Shown: positions 24,721 to 39,905, numbered from the stretch's first letter. The stretch: DNA of 64,000 nt from Octopus vulgaris (GCA_951406725.2 OX597826.1:15624001-15688000); one strand, 5' to 3'. Translations and numbers: made by a program. Notes: generated from the letters alone by a model not told the origin.

Positions 24721-26019
24721 CTATTCATGTTGAGATTTAATGAATGATTCTATAATTTATAATTGATCGATTATATTAAATTTCGATTTTCACTTTAAAA
24801 TCTATCATAGAAAAGGACGGACGTACACAAAGAGATGTAAGTGCTTTGTGCGTGTGAGAATATGTGTGTTTATATGTGTCTGCGTGTGTGGTCGTGTGTA
24901 TCAGCACGTGAGCTATGTACATACGTGCGTTTGTTGAACAGGCAAATGGTGTGTGTTTGAATGTGCGTTTATCTTTGTATGTATTGGTAATAAAAAATAG
25001 TAACCTATTTTGAAAATCAGATTACTGGAAGATTCCTTTCCTTTTAAATTCTATACAATTAATAGCGTTCTATTATTTGATTATCTTTGATACTTCTTCG
25101 GAGCCTGCAGCAATTCCGAAGATAGAACATCTTTTAAGTAATGTATTATTACTACGTAAACTTCACGTGCTATAATGTTTCCCTATGGGTTCATACCTAA
25201 AATTTTCAACCGAACCTGTCAAGAGTAAATATACAGTGCTGTGATCTGAAACCACAACTACATCTTCAGTAATACGCCCCCGTGCGCAAACACTCACACA
25301 CACACAGTGGTATATACACAATGTTTATATAATAAGAGCAAGTGTGATTGAATTAATTATTTCGCAGTGTACGTAAGTCTTGATGGTAGAGAATTTGTGT
25401 ATACAATTTCTTCTGAAAATAAATAATTAAACGAATGCAAGAATAATTCGCAGACATTATTTAAATATCAAGAAAGGCCAGGAAAACATTAAGATACATT
25501 GTATACATAAGGAGGCTAGAGACACTTACGTTGTACATATCAGCGTCAGCGGGTAATTCAACTGATAGTTTGTACTTTTAAGTTTAACATAGACTTTAAT
25601 AGTTATTGTGAGATATATAGCACTAAACCTTATCGCATATTAATAGTAATGTTAGCAAATATACTGCTAATAGTTTGGAAGTCACCGTCAGAATATGGTC
25701 ATCGATTTTATTACCGTATCTAAAGTGAACAAAATAGCTATACTATAGTGTGCTGTAATCAATTTATTATTAGCGGTGCTAAATGCAAGCCCGTGAATAA
25801 CATGACACCGATCAATCCTGTCATTGCACAAAGCAACTTGCTTACTGTATCTGTATCTTATACGACACCACTTTCTACTATTGAAACAAACAATGACCCA
25901 TATGCTGAAATGTAATAGGAAATAATGTAGTATATCGTTGTAATGATTTGACCATAGGGAACAAATATTACTTACAATTTACTTCGAGTTATTTCAAATA
26001 TGCATGATTTCTTAAACTA

Positions 26020-27188
26020 TCAGGCTGATTAAAAAGTAAGCAATGTTTTGAAACATGCAATTCATCACAATATATTTCAACAATACAGAAATTTTATTCT
26101 TCAAAATAAGTACCATTACAATCAACACATTTTTGCTAACAAGTTTGTTTATTCCAGTAGCATAAAAATCTGGTAAGCTAGGGTTTTAAGGCTGATGAAC
26201 ACTTTGAAATCATTCTCAGTATCGGTTTGATTTTGGAACTCCTTCTCTCGCAGGAGACCATGAAGGTGCTTTAAAACGTGATATTCGGTAGGAGAAAGTT
26301 CTGTGGAATATGCTGAGTGGGGAAGAACTTCGTAGTCAAGTTCCCTCAAATTCTGGAGCATCGTGTGGTCGAGCATTTTCATGAAGAATAATTGACCGTC
26401 TGCTGTAGAAGAGTCTAGGACGGAAGAGTAGCAGTTTTTCGTTCAGTTTGGCAATTTCCTGGCAATACGTGTCTGCAGTAAAGGTTTTTCCGGGTTTTGA
26501 GTAGTTATGGTGGATGAGTCAAGCAGTACCCTCATAACCTTCACTTTGAAGAGCTCGTATTTAGGGAATGTTTTCGGTGCTTCGTTTTGGTCCAACCACT
26601 GCGAAGGACGTTTTTTTATTATTCTGAATGAATCGGTCTGATTATGGAGAAAAGCGACGAGCAAATTTCATATCTGCATATTTTCTTATTTTCATTCAAA
26701 TCGTGTGGTACCCATTTGTCGAACTTTTTTGATTTCCCAATCGCATGCAAATGGTTGCAGGCAGTTTTCTGGCTAACTTGAATTGGCTAGTTCGCGAGTG
26801 GGTTTAAGTGGATCTTTCTCAATGACGGTCTTTAATTGACCGTCATCTTCAAGGCTCAGGTCTCCACTGCGAAATCGTTTGCACCATTTTCAAGCTCACC
26901 ACTCACCAAAGATTTCATTGATATCACGAGCAGTTTCAACTGCTTTACGTTTTTTTTTGAAGTTGAATAGCAAAATTGCTCGAATATCGCGCTTTGACAG
27001 TTCCATTTAAGATGATTGTAACAACGGTGAAAAATATCAATATCAATGTTAATTTATTGATGCAGTTTTATATCTGTATTATCAGACAATTGCAAAAAAC
27101 AAAAAAAAAATTTTAATTCAAAACTGTGCAAAAATCCGGTACAAATTCTTCATGTTTCAAAACGTTGCTTGCTTTTTATTCAAACTGA
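26020..27188 (-). mobile_element. Mariner (Tc1/mariner) transposon, both ends present, transposase pseudogene
   Basis: ~38-bp TIRs (TCAGGCTGATTAAAAAGTAAGCAATGTTTTGAAACATG and its imperfect inverse), TA flanks at 26018-19 and 27189-90; MELSKRDIRAILLFNFK from 27006; LPHSAYSTELSPTEYHVLKHL. Confidence 0.93.
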
Positions 27189-27649
27189 TAATACATTATG
27201 AATTCGAAAATACTGGGTAAATATGGATGGAATCAAATTTTAGCGCCATAGTTTTTTTGAATATTAAATGTCATCCTATTAACTCGGCAGTGCCACGTAA
27301 ATAATGTGAATATCAGTTGTGAACCCGTTCAGCTTTCCAAATTTTACTAGGGAACAAAATTTATTAAATACATCAAATATGAAGAATTAGACAACAACAA
27401 TTGAAAGCACGAAATTATGATGATATGTAAATATTATGAGTGTAAGATTAGAAGTAAAGATTAATAATTTCAGTTTTATTTCCTCTACAAAACATTTATC
27501 TTTTAAAATCCATGACTATGTATCCAGCAAATGGATATATAGTAATTACTTTTGACACTATCATAGCCCTTAAATAGTTTAATGCTCTATAAATTTGTGT
27601 TTATTCCCGTGCATCCAAGAAATAATAACAAAGATAAAAACAATATTAA

Positions 27650-28015
27650 TAGGCATAGACACTTCCTTAAAGTTCCATGGAAGTCTTCCAAAGTGATGGT
27701 GCCCAAAATCCTTGTGGGGGCTGCCTTTATCTTCTCATTATTTTCAGAGCAACTGCTGTGGAGGTTCTCCTTCGGCTTGAACAATCTGAAGTGATAGAAA
27801 GCAAAGTCTAGACTGTAGAGAGAATTTTGATGCCCGTCTCTACCAAATATTTGGCTACTTAGATGGGATTGTAGACTGATGCATTGTCTTAATGCACGTC
27901 CCACCGATCCGAGTTAAAGAGCTCTAGCCCTATGCGATTACGTGTCTTTTCGAATTTCTTCAAAACATTCGCAATATCCTCTTTGTTGACTCTCTCACCG
28001 GCGAAAACTCATTTA
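27650..28015 (-). mobile_element. Second mariner fragment, catalytic C-terminus
   Basis: GERVNKEDIANVLKKF..LFNSDRWDVH*DNASVYN..YLVETGIKIL, then YSLDFAFYHFRLFKPKENL (YSPDLAP motif region). Confidence 0.8.
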
Positions 28016-28408
28016 CAAATATAATTACCTACAATATTCTTTTAGTTCTCACTGCATATGTTCCAGTGTTAATATTATAAAGAATTTTCTTATAGATTAT
28101 AATCGGAGTGTTATCGAGATTTTTAACAAAATGTTGCAAATTTCAATACTACGCGTTACTATATATAAACTATGACAATATTTAAAACAAACTGGGCAAG
28201 TTTTATACAATGTAATGAAAACTGCTTAGATTCATCTCAAGATAATTTCTGTATTTCGTTCAAGATGCATTGTCGTCTTATACTACAGATATTCCAATTA
28301 GATAGTATTTCATTCCCGGTGGGGCTTGACACTATGCAGCCTTTACAGTATATGATATAGTATGATTTAGATTATGGCTGCTTTATCTTTCACTGATATC
28401 GACATTTT

Positions 28409-28590
28409 AGAATCGTTAGCACGCCGGACAAATTGCTTGGGGCATTTTTCTTGAATTCAAATTCCACCAATGTCGATTTTTTCTTTTTATACCTGGGGTT
28501 CGATAAGATAAGGGCTAGTTGAGCATTGGGTTCGTAGAAATCAACTAGCTCCCATCATCAAAATTTAGGGTCTTATGCCTATTACAGAAA
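28409..28590 (+). mobile_element. SINE family B, degenerate
   Basis: AGAATCGTTAGCACGCCGGACAAA, TTCAAATTCCACC, GTTGAGCATTGGG; a partial further copy follows at about 28655-28750. Confidence 0.75.
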
Positions 28591-28759
28591 GAATTATCAT
28601 CATCATCATTGTCGCCATCGCCATCATCGTAATCATCAGAGTAGTGAATGGAAAGAATTGTTAGAAAGTCAGAAAAATGTAAAATGTTTTGGCGTTTGTT
28701 TCGGCTCTTTACATTCTGATTCTCAAATGGCTCCAAATTAAACTTTGTCTTAAGGTGGT

Positions 28760-29900
28760 ATTTTAGCCTTAAGTACTGACATGAAGGGTGTCTAATTTAG
28801 ATATACTTCTTATTCGTAAATTTTTAGTATTTTCATGTGTTTCTAGTACACCACCAAGTGTACCTCAGTCTTCTGGATATTTGCAACATTGTGTTATATG
28901 GATGCGATTGTATGTTATTTTAGCTTTACTTTGTTATAGACATTTTCTTCGTTTCTGGTGTAAACTTAAAACTTCCTTTGCTGTGTGCAGAATATGTGTT
29001 GTGCAAATTGTTATTGCGTTTCAGGTTGGCATTGTGACTTGCTTTTAAACAGAAAATATCTTTCGACTCACGTTAACTGTTCGAAATAGGAATTCGTTCT
29101 AACATTGATTTGTGCGTTGCAATCGCTTCTCCTTTTGTTCAAATAAGTATTGTACGATACTTCATGATTTAATTGATATCATTTTCATCTTCCAAATTCA
29201 ACCACCTTCATTTACCTTTGGAGTTTCCCCTAGGAATTTGTCTGGAGAGAAAGATTCAGAACGTTCACAAGAGTCCGAAGATTGTCATCGTTGTCCTTGA
29301 TAATGAAAATAGAACTGTTGTGTCTTGAAGTCCAGAATAGCTCTTTATTCAGTTTATTGTCACTAGACTGTAGTATTTAGCATATTTGGCATGTACTTAC
29401 GAAGTTTCGTATCTCTCTTCAGGTGGAATATTAGTTTATTTGCCAATAGTCACAACTGGGAAATGCATCAGTTTTTGTTCTATATTCCTTCCAGGCATAC
29501 CTGAATTCCTTGCTCATTGGTGTGTTAGCCGTTGTTATATATGTTTTTGTTTCTATGTCTGGTAAAGGCTTATGCCTTTCATTAAATATCTTCATTTCAT
29601 GGAAGAAGCACTCAAGTGTTTTCTAATTACTTTAAGATATGAGCTTTCTGTCACTTACGACCATTCCTGTATTTAGTGATGCAAATAATAGTATCCACTA
29701 GACCCTGTTACAATACTGTTATATCTTCTGTTATATACATGCAGGTTTGAAATTTCAGCGTGATCATTTCTGTCATCCGGCCTTCCTGTTTATGAAATAA
29801 GTAGCAGTTAAAAATTAGGATTGATTGCTATGCCACACTTCAAAAACATGTGGCTTTGTGTCACTTTAGTTGTCATTATATCAGTTCTCTTGATGTAAGT
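28760..29900 (-). mobile_element. Possible old R4/Dong-like LINE 3' remnant
   Basis: Weak echoes only (IFIIKDND, IWKMKMI) of the restriction-like endonuclease region. Confidence 0.25.
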
Positions 29901-31667
29901 TAACACCAATATTCTAGTTAAGTTGTTGACGGACTGTGCTGACAATATTTAGTATAGATTACTGACATAAGTAACGACGATACGCAGTAGGCCATGGGAA
30001 ACAAAAAGATTTCATGTTTTATACGTTGACGACGTGATCTACGTGTTGCTCTAAATAATTTGACAATGATTTCCACATTTAGCCTCGCTGAAATAAGTTT
30101 GGGTAGTTTACGTATGTAAATCCATACGTCTGTAGTTTTGATTCAATCCATTTCATTTTTTACTGTTGAAGTCGATATTCAACTTTGAAATCTTAAACTA
30201 GTTATGGGGAAAGAAAACAGCTATTTTTGAACTGAATTTGTACTCTTCATATTTAAGAAAGTAAAGTCTTGAACTCATCCGGCTTGAACGAAGAACTGAA
30301 ATCGAATCACAGAACAAATCAAGAATTTTACTCGGTCTTTACTTAAAGGAATAAACAGTAAATAAAGAGATATAAATTAGTCAACAATTATTAAAAGTGT
30401 GTCCATGTACTACTAAAGAAAAAATTACAGTTGTGAAAGAAGGACGTATACATCTAAACACGAATTTTCATTCATAAATTTGATGCTAAACTGAATGGGG
30501 GATCTATTTAGCTATCGATTATCTCGTCCCCTTCAAATATCGTACATCATTTGTATTCCCCTTATAAAACCTATATGTTCACTATAGAAAATCTATTCCT
30601 GAAGCGTTCTTGTAATTACTCAGTAAATTGGGTTTGGTTCTTTCTTCCAACAGGCATTATTTTTCAAAAAGAATAAAGAGATTGCATGTATTCGTAATTA
30701 TTTTTCACATTTCCCGTATCTCATTTACAAAAGTGAAAGCTTTTGTGTTACGATAATTTGTATCCATGAAGTAAAATAAATATCCAAATATCTAAGTACA
30801 TTTGACAGTAAGTCGCAATATAAGAATCTCAAAAACTACCTTCCGTGTAAAGTTAAACAGCATTAATCTGGCATTGAATAAAACCATTTCTTCACACGCA
30901 TGAATAAATTTGACGTGCAGTCAATAAAATAGCAGTTTAGAATTTTTGAGAGGGTGAATCTTTCAGCAAACTGGATCAGCAGAAAACGCTGAAGATGTAA
31001 TGTTCATGTGGTATATGTAGTGCGATGTAGTCGAGCGGTGCCAGTCAACTCGTAATTTATATTCTCAAGAGGAACTGAACACAAATCAAAACAAAGAAAA
31101 CGTTAATTAATTACAGATCTCAAGTTAATTGCAGTAGTGTATCGTGTTATTAACCATAAGTGGATAACACATTGAAAAGAATTAGCTACCGACATAATGT
31201 AGCCTTTATAAGGATATCCTGAGACTCATAATTCTAAATGATTAACAGGCGCAAGTACGAAACATGATAGAGAATTTCATGCACCATACGGAAAAGGAAA
31301 TGTTGGATTAAAATGTTTGTGTAATACCGAAATCCATGAACAATGACAATAGTATTATCATTAATATTCAAAAATATATGCTTCATATATTATTGAATAT
31401 TAATTGCTATGCTAATGTCACTTGTTCATGGATTTCGCTATTACACAATCATTTTAATCCAACTTTTAGAGAAAATGTTTACATAAATAAAGTCCCGATG
31501 TTTCTACTAACCGTATGTTACAAATGCAGATAACAGGGAAAGGCAAATGCACATCTTCCCTTTCCTTTTCCTATTTGCATTCATGCATATTCACACGGAC
31601 ATAAATCGTTCATATATTAGTTCTTCAGAAATTACAAAACACGCGATGGTTAGAAACAGGAATGTGC

Positions 31668-31707
31668 GTATATATACATACGTATGTACATATATATATA
31701 CATATAA

Positions 31708-31777
<70 letters not shown>

Positions 31778-31803
31778 ATATATATGTGATCTATATATAT
31801 ACA

Positions 31804-31861
<58 letters not shown>

Positions 31862-31864
31862 CAA

Positions 31865-31911
<47 letters not shown>

Positions 31912-31955
31912 AACATACATACATATGATATACATAAATAATATATATCTATAAA

Positions 31956-32010
<55 letters not shown>
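31668..32010. repeat. Compound (TA)n microsatellite
   Basis: Directly visible. Confidence 0.95.
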
Positions 32011-32013
<3 letters not shown>

Positions 32014-32851
32014 ATATTACGACACATATTCAGATTCTGTGGTATATTGTATATCCTACGCAGATTCCCACGCAAAGACAACAATGCTTATTGACACAAC
32101 CCTGCACGATCCACATTTCATATCCAGCAGCCACGAATGACATTCACGAACAAAGCGATAGGCGTCCGTCATCACAATTGGTTGCTGCAAAAAAAAGACA
32201 ACATAGAAAGGCTTTATGTGTGTACAGAGAGAGAAAAAAAGCGAAATGAGGAGGAGAGAGAGCGAGGAAAAGAGGACGAAATGCCGCAAACCCAAAATAC
32301 AGTGATGTCGACACTAAACACAACATGCTCAAAAGAATATAGAATAAGATGATATAAGATGATATCAAAAATATTTCAAAACCCTGGTAATAAACAAACT
32401 CGCATATAATCTGAGACGGTCGTAGAAATCGACGGTGAGAAGACGAGGCTGAAATGAACAATGAATACACATTGGACAGCGAAATATGCAGATAGGAAAA
32501 GGAAACAACAAAGAGAAGCAAATAAAATACTAAATCATACGACAAACAGAAATATGCATTGAAAGACAATAGCCGTAAAGGAACAACAGACAAGAACAGC
32601 TTATACATCCTTCAACAGATACAAAGAACATCGGAATGTTTCTGGATTATTTTTCAGATTTCTGCACAACTGCCTGAGTAAAGACTAAGAGTGTGTTAGC
32701 AGCTGCAAGTGTTGTTCTACGACAGCATGTTGCTTGATCCGATTATTTCAGTGAAGCAAATGGATTTCAGATCTGATCTGATACCTTTCACACACAATAC
32801 TCAGCTTAGCAGCCGATTTGAATAATTATTTTGTTTCGGTTATGTCGTGTT

Positions 32852-32852
<1 letters not shown>

Positions 32853-32920
<68 letters not shown>

Positions 32921-32960
32921 GACTGCTACTACTACTGCTACTGCTACTGTTGCTGCTTCT
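32853..32960. repeat. (TAC)n/(TGC)n trinucleotide repeat
   Basis: Directly visible. Confidence 0.95.
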
Positions 32961-33129
32961 GTCGTGGCTGTTGTTGCAAATTTTTGGTATATTGGCAAAA
33001 GTTATTCCCTGTTCAGTTAAAATCATATTTATTCAACCGCTTGTGTGTTTCTGTATGTTATCTTCTTTTGTTTTTTAATTAGCTAGTTTCTTCCGCTGAG
33101 ACAAAGCTCCACTGATGGAATGTAGATAA

Positions 33130-34270
33130 CAACCAACGATGTCACATTTCAAACTTGCTTTGTGATCTGCGGGTAAATTGGTTGATTTCTTTTTCTGATA
33201 AACCTAGCTTATCCAGATTGTCACCTACGCACAGAAACAAGAGAACCAATTATTATTGGTCTTATTATGAATTTATAATCTGCATACAGAAGCTGAAGGT
33301 TTCGAATCACTTGTCCAGAGTTAACCCTTTCTCTTTGATTTTCAAAGAGATATTCACATCAGCAGGACTGCTGGCTCCTATGACATTACATTTTCTTGCC
33401 TGTCCCAAATAACAATATCTGACTTGTTTACACGTGGCAGATGTTTTATTGGGAGGAGTGTTCCATCAGTATTCCTTGCGTTTGTGTTTGTGTATGTATT
33501 TTTCACTGTATCTTTGGTTTGTTATACATTTGTGTTGCAATCTCTTGTTCTTGGAATGTAAATGCTTGGCCTTCGATGTAATGTGATGGTCAGACGTCGA
33601 AGAGAAGCTGCGCTTCAAGTCGGTATTTCTGACTTCTTCAAGTCTTCAAGGAACATACACATGCATAGTCCTCTTTTGGTATGCTGGGCGATTATACCCG
33701 TGTCTTGTGTGTGTATGAGACGTGATCAGAAAGAAAGTACTTCCCGAGGAACTTGCTGCCGATACGTATAATATTATTCTCTTTTCTGTTCAGCATTAAG
33801 TAAGTGTTTTAACATTTTCGGCTGCTGTTTAGCGAGTACTTTCTGAGAGAGACTATCTGACATACGAAGTCTGTCATCACCGATAACAAGACTCTACTTA
33901 ATTTATCTCTTCTTAGGTAGAACATGTAGCTACCACTATTTCTCTAGTGATTTCCATTTGATGTCAATATCTTACAGGTTTTAACGTCTATGGAGTGGAG
34001 TACCTCTTCAGACCTGTCAAATATCCCAAACGTTGGAATTAGCACGGGTACTGAAAAGTATTGTGAGATATTGTCTTGATGTGAGAGGAGATTCCCGACT
34101 ACTAATTTTCTCTAATTCTTGCATAATATTATCGGCTTACCTTATCTTTATTCCCAGTGCCTTCGCATGTTTTCCTCCACAGGTATTTGTAGCAGTCTTT
34201 GTGTGGGACAGCAGAAATAGTGGGGTCATTGATACACAAGTCTTGGGTTTGGGGGACTAAATTTCCAGGT
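33130..34270 (-). mobile_element. R4/Dong-like LINE fragment with restriction-like endonuclease region
   Basis: HKDCYKYL, SVPVLIPTFGIFD..IDVKTCKILTSNGNH, IEGQAFTFQEQEIAT, SDIVIWDRQE..SSPADVNISLKIKEK..IRNLQLLYADYKF..PIIIGSL; colinear with 47200-48900. Confidence 0.8.
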
Positions 34271-37200
34271 TCAAATATTAAACATTTCTGGCCAAATTCC
34301 TTCCCTATGTAATTAATTTCTGGCCAATTTCCTTTCCTATATAATTAATTACAGCTCGGTTTTTCGCTTTATTAACATTTTCAGCATAAACTTGAGGTCA
34401 TTCCCCCCAAAATTAAAGGTTACATCAAGATCTACGTAAGACCCTAGCTCTTGGAAGATATCTAGACAACCAAAATCCTAAATATGAAATGATGTTTACT
34501 ATAAGCTTGTACGGACACAGGGTATAATAATTACAGCAGATATCAAACTAACTGATATGTATAATAATGTAAGTACAATATATCATTGCAATGAATTATA
34601 AATGAACAAAAACGGTCGAAGTATAACAAATTGGTGAAACAGCAGACGGGATGATAATATTCATCAGATAGTTTAATAGAACTATGAGTTTTAAGATGTC
34701 ACTTTAAGAAACCGAGAATGATAGCACAGCGTGAGCCAAGTAAAATTCCTAACAACAAACCCGCGGAATAAAGTTATTCGGATGGCGGCAGTTTATTCGC
34801 CAAAAACACATAATGATAAAAACAAACGTTTTATTTATGACATTTGTCTATTCATTAGAGAAACACGGGAGGTGGGATGGAGTTCTGTTCCCATGTCAGC
34901 TAAATATATTTCATTCTTAATACACTGTATCTTCTCCACTTCTATGTTTCTTTCTCCGTTCTTCGCATTCCCCAGCTCTTTTATTATTTCATTCTTCTTG
35001 TCTTCCTGTCTGCACGCACTTGACTGACTGCGACTCACAATTTAATCGTTTCTCTCTTCCTTTCTTTCCTTTTTTCTCTTTCCCGCATTCCATGTCCACC
35101 TGCATTTATATGTAAATAACCGACTAACTTTCCCCTCTCAAAATTCTTGCCACTATCAATACATCCACCTATCTGGTAGTAGATAAGAGTTCACAAGCAC
35201 TGCCCATTATCCATCAAAACTTTTTGATTGGTGTAGAATGTTTAATATCTTGAAATCTAAACAAGGAAATCCGTCGTAAACTAATGCAAAAATCGCCTGA
35301 AGAAGTATGTATGTCGAATCAATTGGCTCCCGTAGGGTCCATGGATATAATAAATGCAGTTTAATAATATCCTTTAGATGTGGTTAGAAGGTCTTCTAAA
35401 TATACATGTCATGCCGAAACATATGTAGAAAAGCATTAATAAAAATATAAAACCGTTACCCATAAAATATTTCGCGGGTGGTTTTCAGTTAGTCTTTCAT
35501 AATACTTTCACATTTGATTCCGATTTCTAATAATGTTTTGATATTTTACGTCTAATTACTTCTTTGTATAATATTTCTCACTTGCTTAGTAAATATTGCT
35601 TTTATTATTTTATCACTGTCATAATCTCTCTTTTTTTAAACAAACATCAAGGTAGCCCAACTACAGTAGTGGCAGTTTGTTAAGTTTTTACCTTCCCCTC
35701 AAAGCAACATGGAGATTTCAATTCAGCAGCCCATATGTAAGCTTTGCAGTATGAACAAACATTACCAAAGAGACTCTTTGCATTATGTATCGTGTACAAT
35801 AGACAGGACAGCGTGTTCTTGAAAAATGTCGAATCTGGGCTTTCATTGCTAATACTTTAACAGAAATCTTCCTAGTTTGAAAATATCTTCGTCTGTACTC
35901 CTACTGTAAATAGCTGATTTCGTCTCTCAGCACCCTGTTTGTTGGGACTGGTGTTTCTGTTTGTATCGCATTGAAGCTTGGAAGGCTTCCCATTTGGTGC
36001 TGATTATAAATAGGCAGCTAAACAGTCACAGACGGTGAATACTGACTCAGTGTCTTATTTTGAAGTAGAATATTCTCCTCTCGAGATATTCTAACCAGTC
36101 GGTCATGTGGAGCGGAAACAGAATCATATCTACGTCTATGTGCATATTCAGACATTTGTTTCAGTCGCTTTGCGCTGGTCTCCTTTTATTTAGATGCCCG
36201 TCTTTGTCTCTCCCGTCTTGCTTTTGTTGCTAAATAATCTTTTTCAGTCGCATATTTTTTTGGGTGCCCCTTGTTGAATTGCAAAATTCTAATTTGATAT
36301 TTGTGTAATAACGAAATCAAATCTGGAGTGTGTGCGTATGTATGTATATTACAGGGACAGTGTGTGTATTTATATTGGAGAGACAGTGTGTGTATGTGTG
36401 TGTGAGAGAGAGAAGGAGAGAGAGAGAGCGAAAGGAGAGAGAACATTGCAAACAATGAAAGAAATAAACATGAAATGAAGAAATCATAAAGATGAAATCT
36501 CGTACAGAATATTTAAATTTGTGAAATTGAAAAATTAACAAATAGAAGTTCAAAAATTAAATTTTCCTGAAAATTTCAATTTCTAAAATATCTCGTTGAG
36601 TAAATATTTCTTTCAGTAACCTCAAGATAACCCAACTACATTTAGCGTGCTAGAAATATCAGCAGTCACATAGTTATCATTGTAAGGCTTACAGCGTTCC
36701 AACAGCCATGCCCATAAAATCACTTCTGAATTCTTTAAAAAAAGTTATACCCATCAATTGAAAATTTTTCATTTTCATCAAAAATATTCATTTAACAAAT
36801 TCCGAAAATTAATATTATTTTTGAAATTTTGTCTCGTATAATACGCGTCAGAGTTTTACAGCTATTTTGTCTAATAGCTTTCATCCATTCAATAAATAAT
36901 TTTTTTTTACAGTACGCGTATGTGGGTTTTGCAAATAGCGAATCAAAACTTGAAATGAAAACATTGAAATGAATCTATATTAAATTATCATTAATGAAAA
37001 TAGAGGCAAGAGAGAGAAAGAGAGTGAGACTCTGTTGCAAATGAAAACGGAAAATATCGCCTGCAACGAATTAATATAGTTTAATAAACGTATATATCAT
37101 TAACATCTATATTTTTAAAATCAGTATTATTAAAATCTGCAATGGATGCAACGAATATTTAAATTTCCGAAAAACTCATAGTTGAAATATTCAATAAACT

Positions 37201-37956
37201 TCAGAAATGGAAATTATAGGAAATTTCTTGGAACATAAATTTATGAAAAAATTTACAGACGTTCAAGCCTTTAATAATTGCTTTCTTCTTGCCTAATTAA
37301 TAAGCAGCTTTCTCAATTATGATATAAATGTATGTAAATATGCATGTATGTATGCAAATGTGTTTGTATATATGTATGTGTGCGCATGCATGTATGTATT
37401 TATGTATGTATGTATCTGTGCCTGTTGTAGATGAAATTTGTTTTGTAGTACGGTGTACGGAAAGTTCAGGAACATGGTCTATGTTGCTTGCAGACCCCAT
37501 CTTGAGGATCTAACTATCATGTACATTAAACTAATTTCTTCCTGTTTATTTGCTCACCGTTTCGCACCATTAACACAGTTCAGTAGACTGGGTACAGAAG
37601 AGGAAAATAATTTCTTCGATTTAATAATTTCTTATATTTTTGAACATATTTTAATAGGACTTACCAAGATTATTTCGCTTCTATTCTCAATTTCAATACA
37701 GTTATTAAGCATTTCGCATGCATATACGATTTAGTCTCCGATGTGATTGTAAGATAATATGATGGGATTAATAATGGTAATATCAATACATCTACGTTTT
37801 CCATAAATACTAAGAATGAAAGCGCCAAAAATTTTCGTTTTTATCGCTTTGAGTAAGCGACAAAAACAATATAGATGTTTTAAAGTAAAAAATATTTCTG
37901 GTCATTATCTATAGTACTACACATACACACGCACACAAACACGCATATAAATATAG

Positions 37957-38028
<72 letters not shown>

Positions 38029-38789
38029 AAATGGAATCATAAGTCTTATACATATACCTGCCTACATATTTATGTATGCACACACATAAACTGAACTGTA
38101 CCTTCGAGAGTGAAACAGGAATAGAATTGAAAATATTGATTTGGGACGAAGAACACTCATGAATGTGGTTTTATTTAATAACTATTTTTCGTGTACAATG
38201 CCCCTGTTATCAGACGCTGTCGCTGGAACTAATGAATCGATTAGGAATATATAAGCGAGCATATATAGGTGGAAGTATTAACGTATACATGCATACATAA
38301 CGCATAAATACATACATATACACGTATGTATACATTCCTATAGTAAGATACACGATTTGTTATTGAAATTTTTCTGTTGTATTTTTAGTACAATGATTTA
38401 TTTCTCTATTATTCACATCTTTTGCGACTTCAATCTCGTTCCTCTCTTAAATGCATTATTAAATTCCTATGCACTTGCACGAATATATATAACCATGTAT
38501 TTGTCCACGCTCTTTTGTGAGCGTATGTGCGTCTGTGGATGTGTTTAAATGAATGAGCTTGTATCAGTAAGAATCTGAGTATATGCGCAGAGTTGCAAAC
38601 TTGTTGTCGCTATATGTACTTATTCATACTTACACACACACAAAAATAGACACTTACATATATGCTCATATATGTACACACACGCTCTATCATTATGTAT
38701 GTGTATATAAGTGTATTGACGGATTAATACAAATTTACACATAATTATATATACACACATACACACACGTATATATACATATATGTGTT

Positions 38790-39905
38790 ATACAACGCTG
38801 GTCATAATGCGCCCCATCCCTTCTTGATTGTGGAATTATTTTCCATCTTGATCCAAATTGATTGACTTAAATCTTCTCCCTATCTTTGTGGAGGCGTCCC
38901 AAGTGTCTTTTCTGTGGGCAATTGCGCTGGTGTCTGTAAATATTGCAATACATCGGTCCCAGCAGAACTTGTGTTTTTCGTGCTTTGCCGTCACATCGTT
39001 CACTCTGCACCGATCTCGAGTCATATCATTTCTAATATGCTCTGATAATGATATGTCTCGCAAAGATCTTCCCATGGCCCTTTGCCTCTTAACCATTTGA
39101 TGTTCTGTACTCTTTGTAGAAGGCCACGTCTCACTTGCATTTAAGAGCGCAGGTACGACCGTGCTGTTGAAGAATCTGGCATGTATACTTTTAGTCAAGT
39201 TTTGTACAAGTCGATTCTTGAGTTCAATGCATTTTCTCCTGCTCTTATTCTGTTTGAAATTTTAGCATCCTTACCTCGGTCCATCTTCACTGTGTGCACT
39301 AAGTAGACGTACTCATTTTCCTATTCGATTTCATCGGTTCATTTTAAGACCTATCGCTAAGCCCTGAACCTCCAGCTCTGTCAGTATGACCTCCAGCCCA
39401 TCTGTAACTTCAGCCACTTGTACAATATCATATACGATTCGGAGGTGCATTAGTTGCCTACCATTTATGTTCACACCACCTGTCCAGAAAATGCACTTGA
39501 TAACCATTTCCACACATAAGCTAATGAACTTTGGAAAATAGTATCTCCTTTCTTGACACTGTTCTCAGTTAGAACCCTTACTGGTGGTGATAGTAGAAGC
39601 ATATCTATTGTGCATCCAGAGTTCACATCTCCTAGTCTTTTCATGCACTGCGCCTCGACAGCTTGCATTTCCAGAAATTTGAACACCGGTTTCATATCGA
39701 TGCTATCGAAGTCCATTTCGAAATCAATAAAAGCGATATATACAGAAGATTGATTTTGTTCTTTAGTCGTATGAGTCGTGGTAAAGTCAATATGTGATCT
39801 ATCGTACCATATTTCTTATGGAAACCTGCTTGTTCTGTCGGCTGTTTGTCGTCGAAGTATTTTCAAAGACTGGTGACAATGACCTTCGTAAATAAATTAT
39901 AAAGT
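38790..39905 (-). mobile_element. RTE-clade LINE fragment, degenerate
   Basis: QAGFHKKYGTIDH, GGVNINGRQLMHLRIVYDIV, ARFFNSTVVPALLNASETW; same type as 1224-2160 but more decayed. Confidence 0.88.

Noticed and set aside
32050-32700. KDNIERLYV, resembling an R4 LINE motif
   Set aside because: A single short motif without colinear support.
35295-35425. Two HHR-like strings (CTGAAGA..GAATCAATTG and GAAACATATGTA)
   Set aside because: Each has several core or stem defects.
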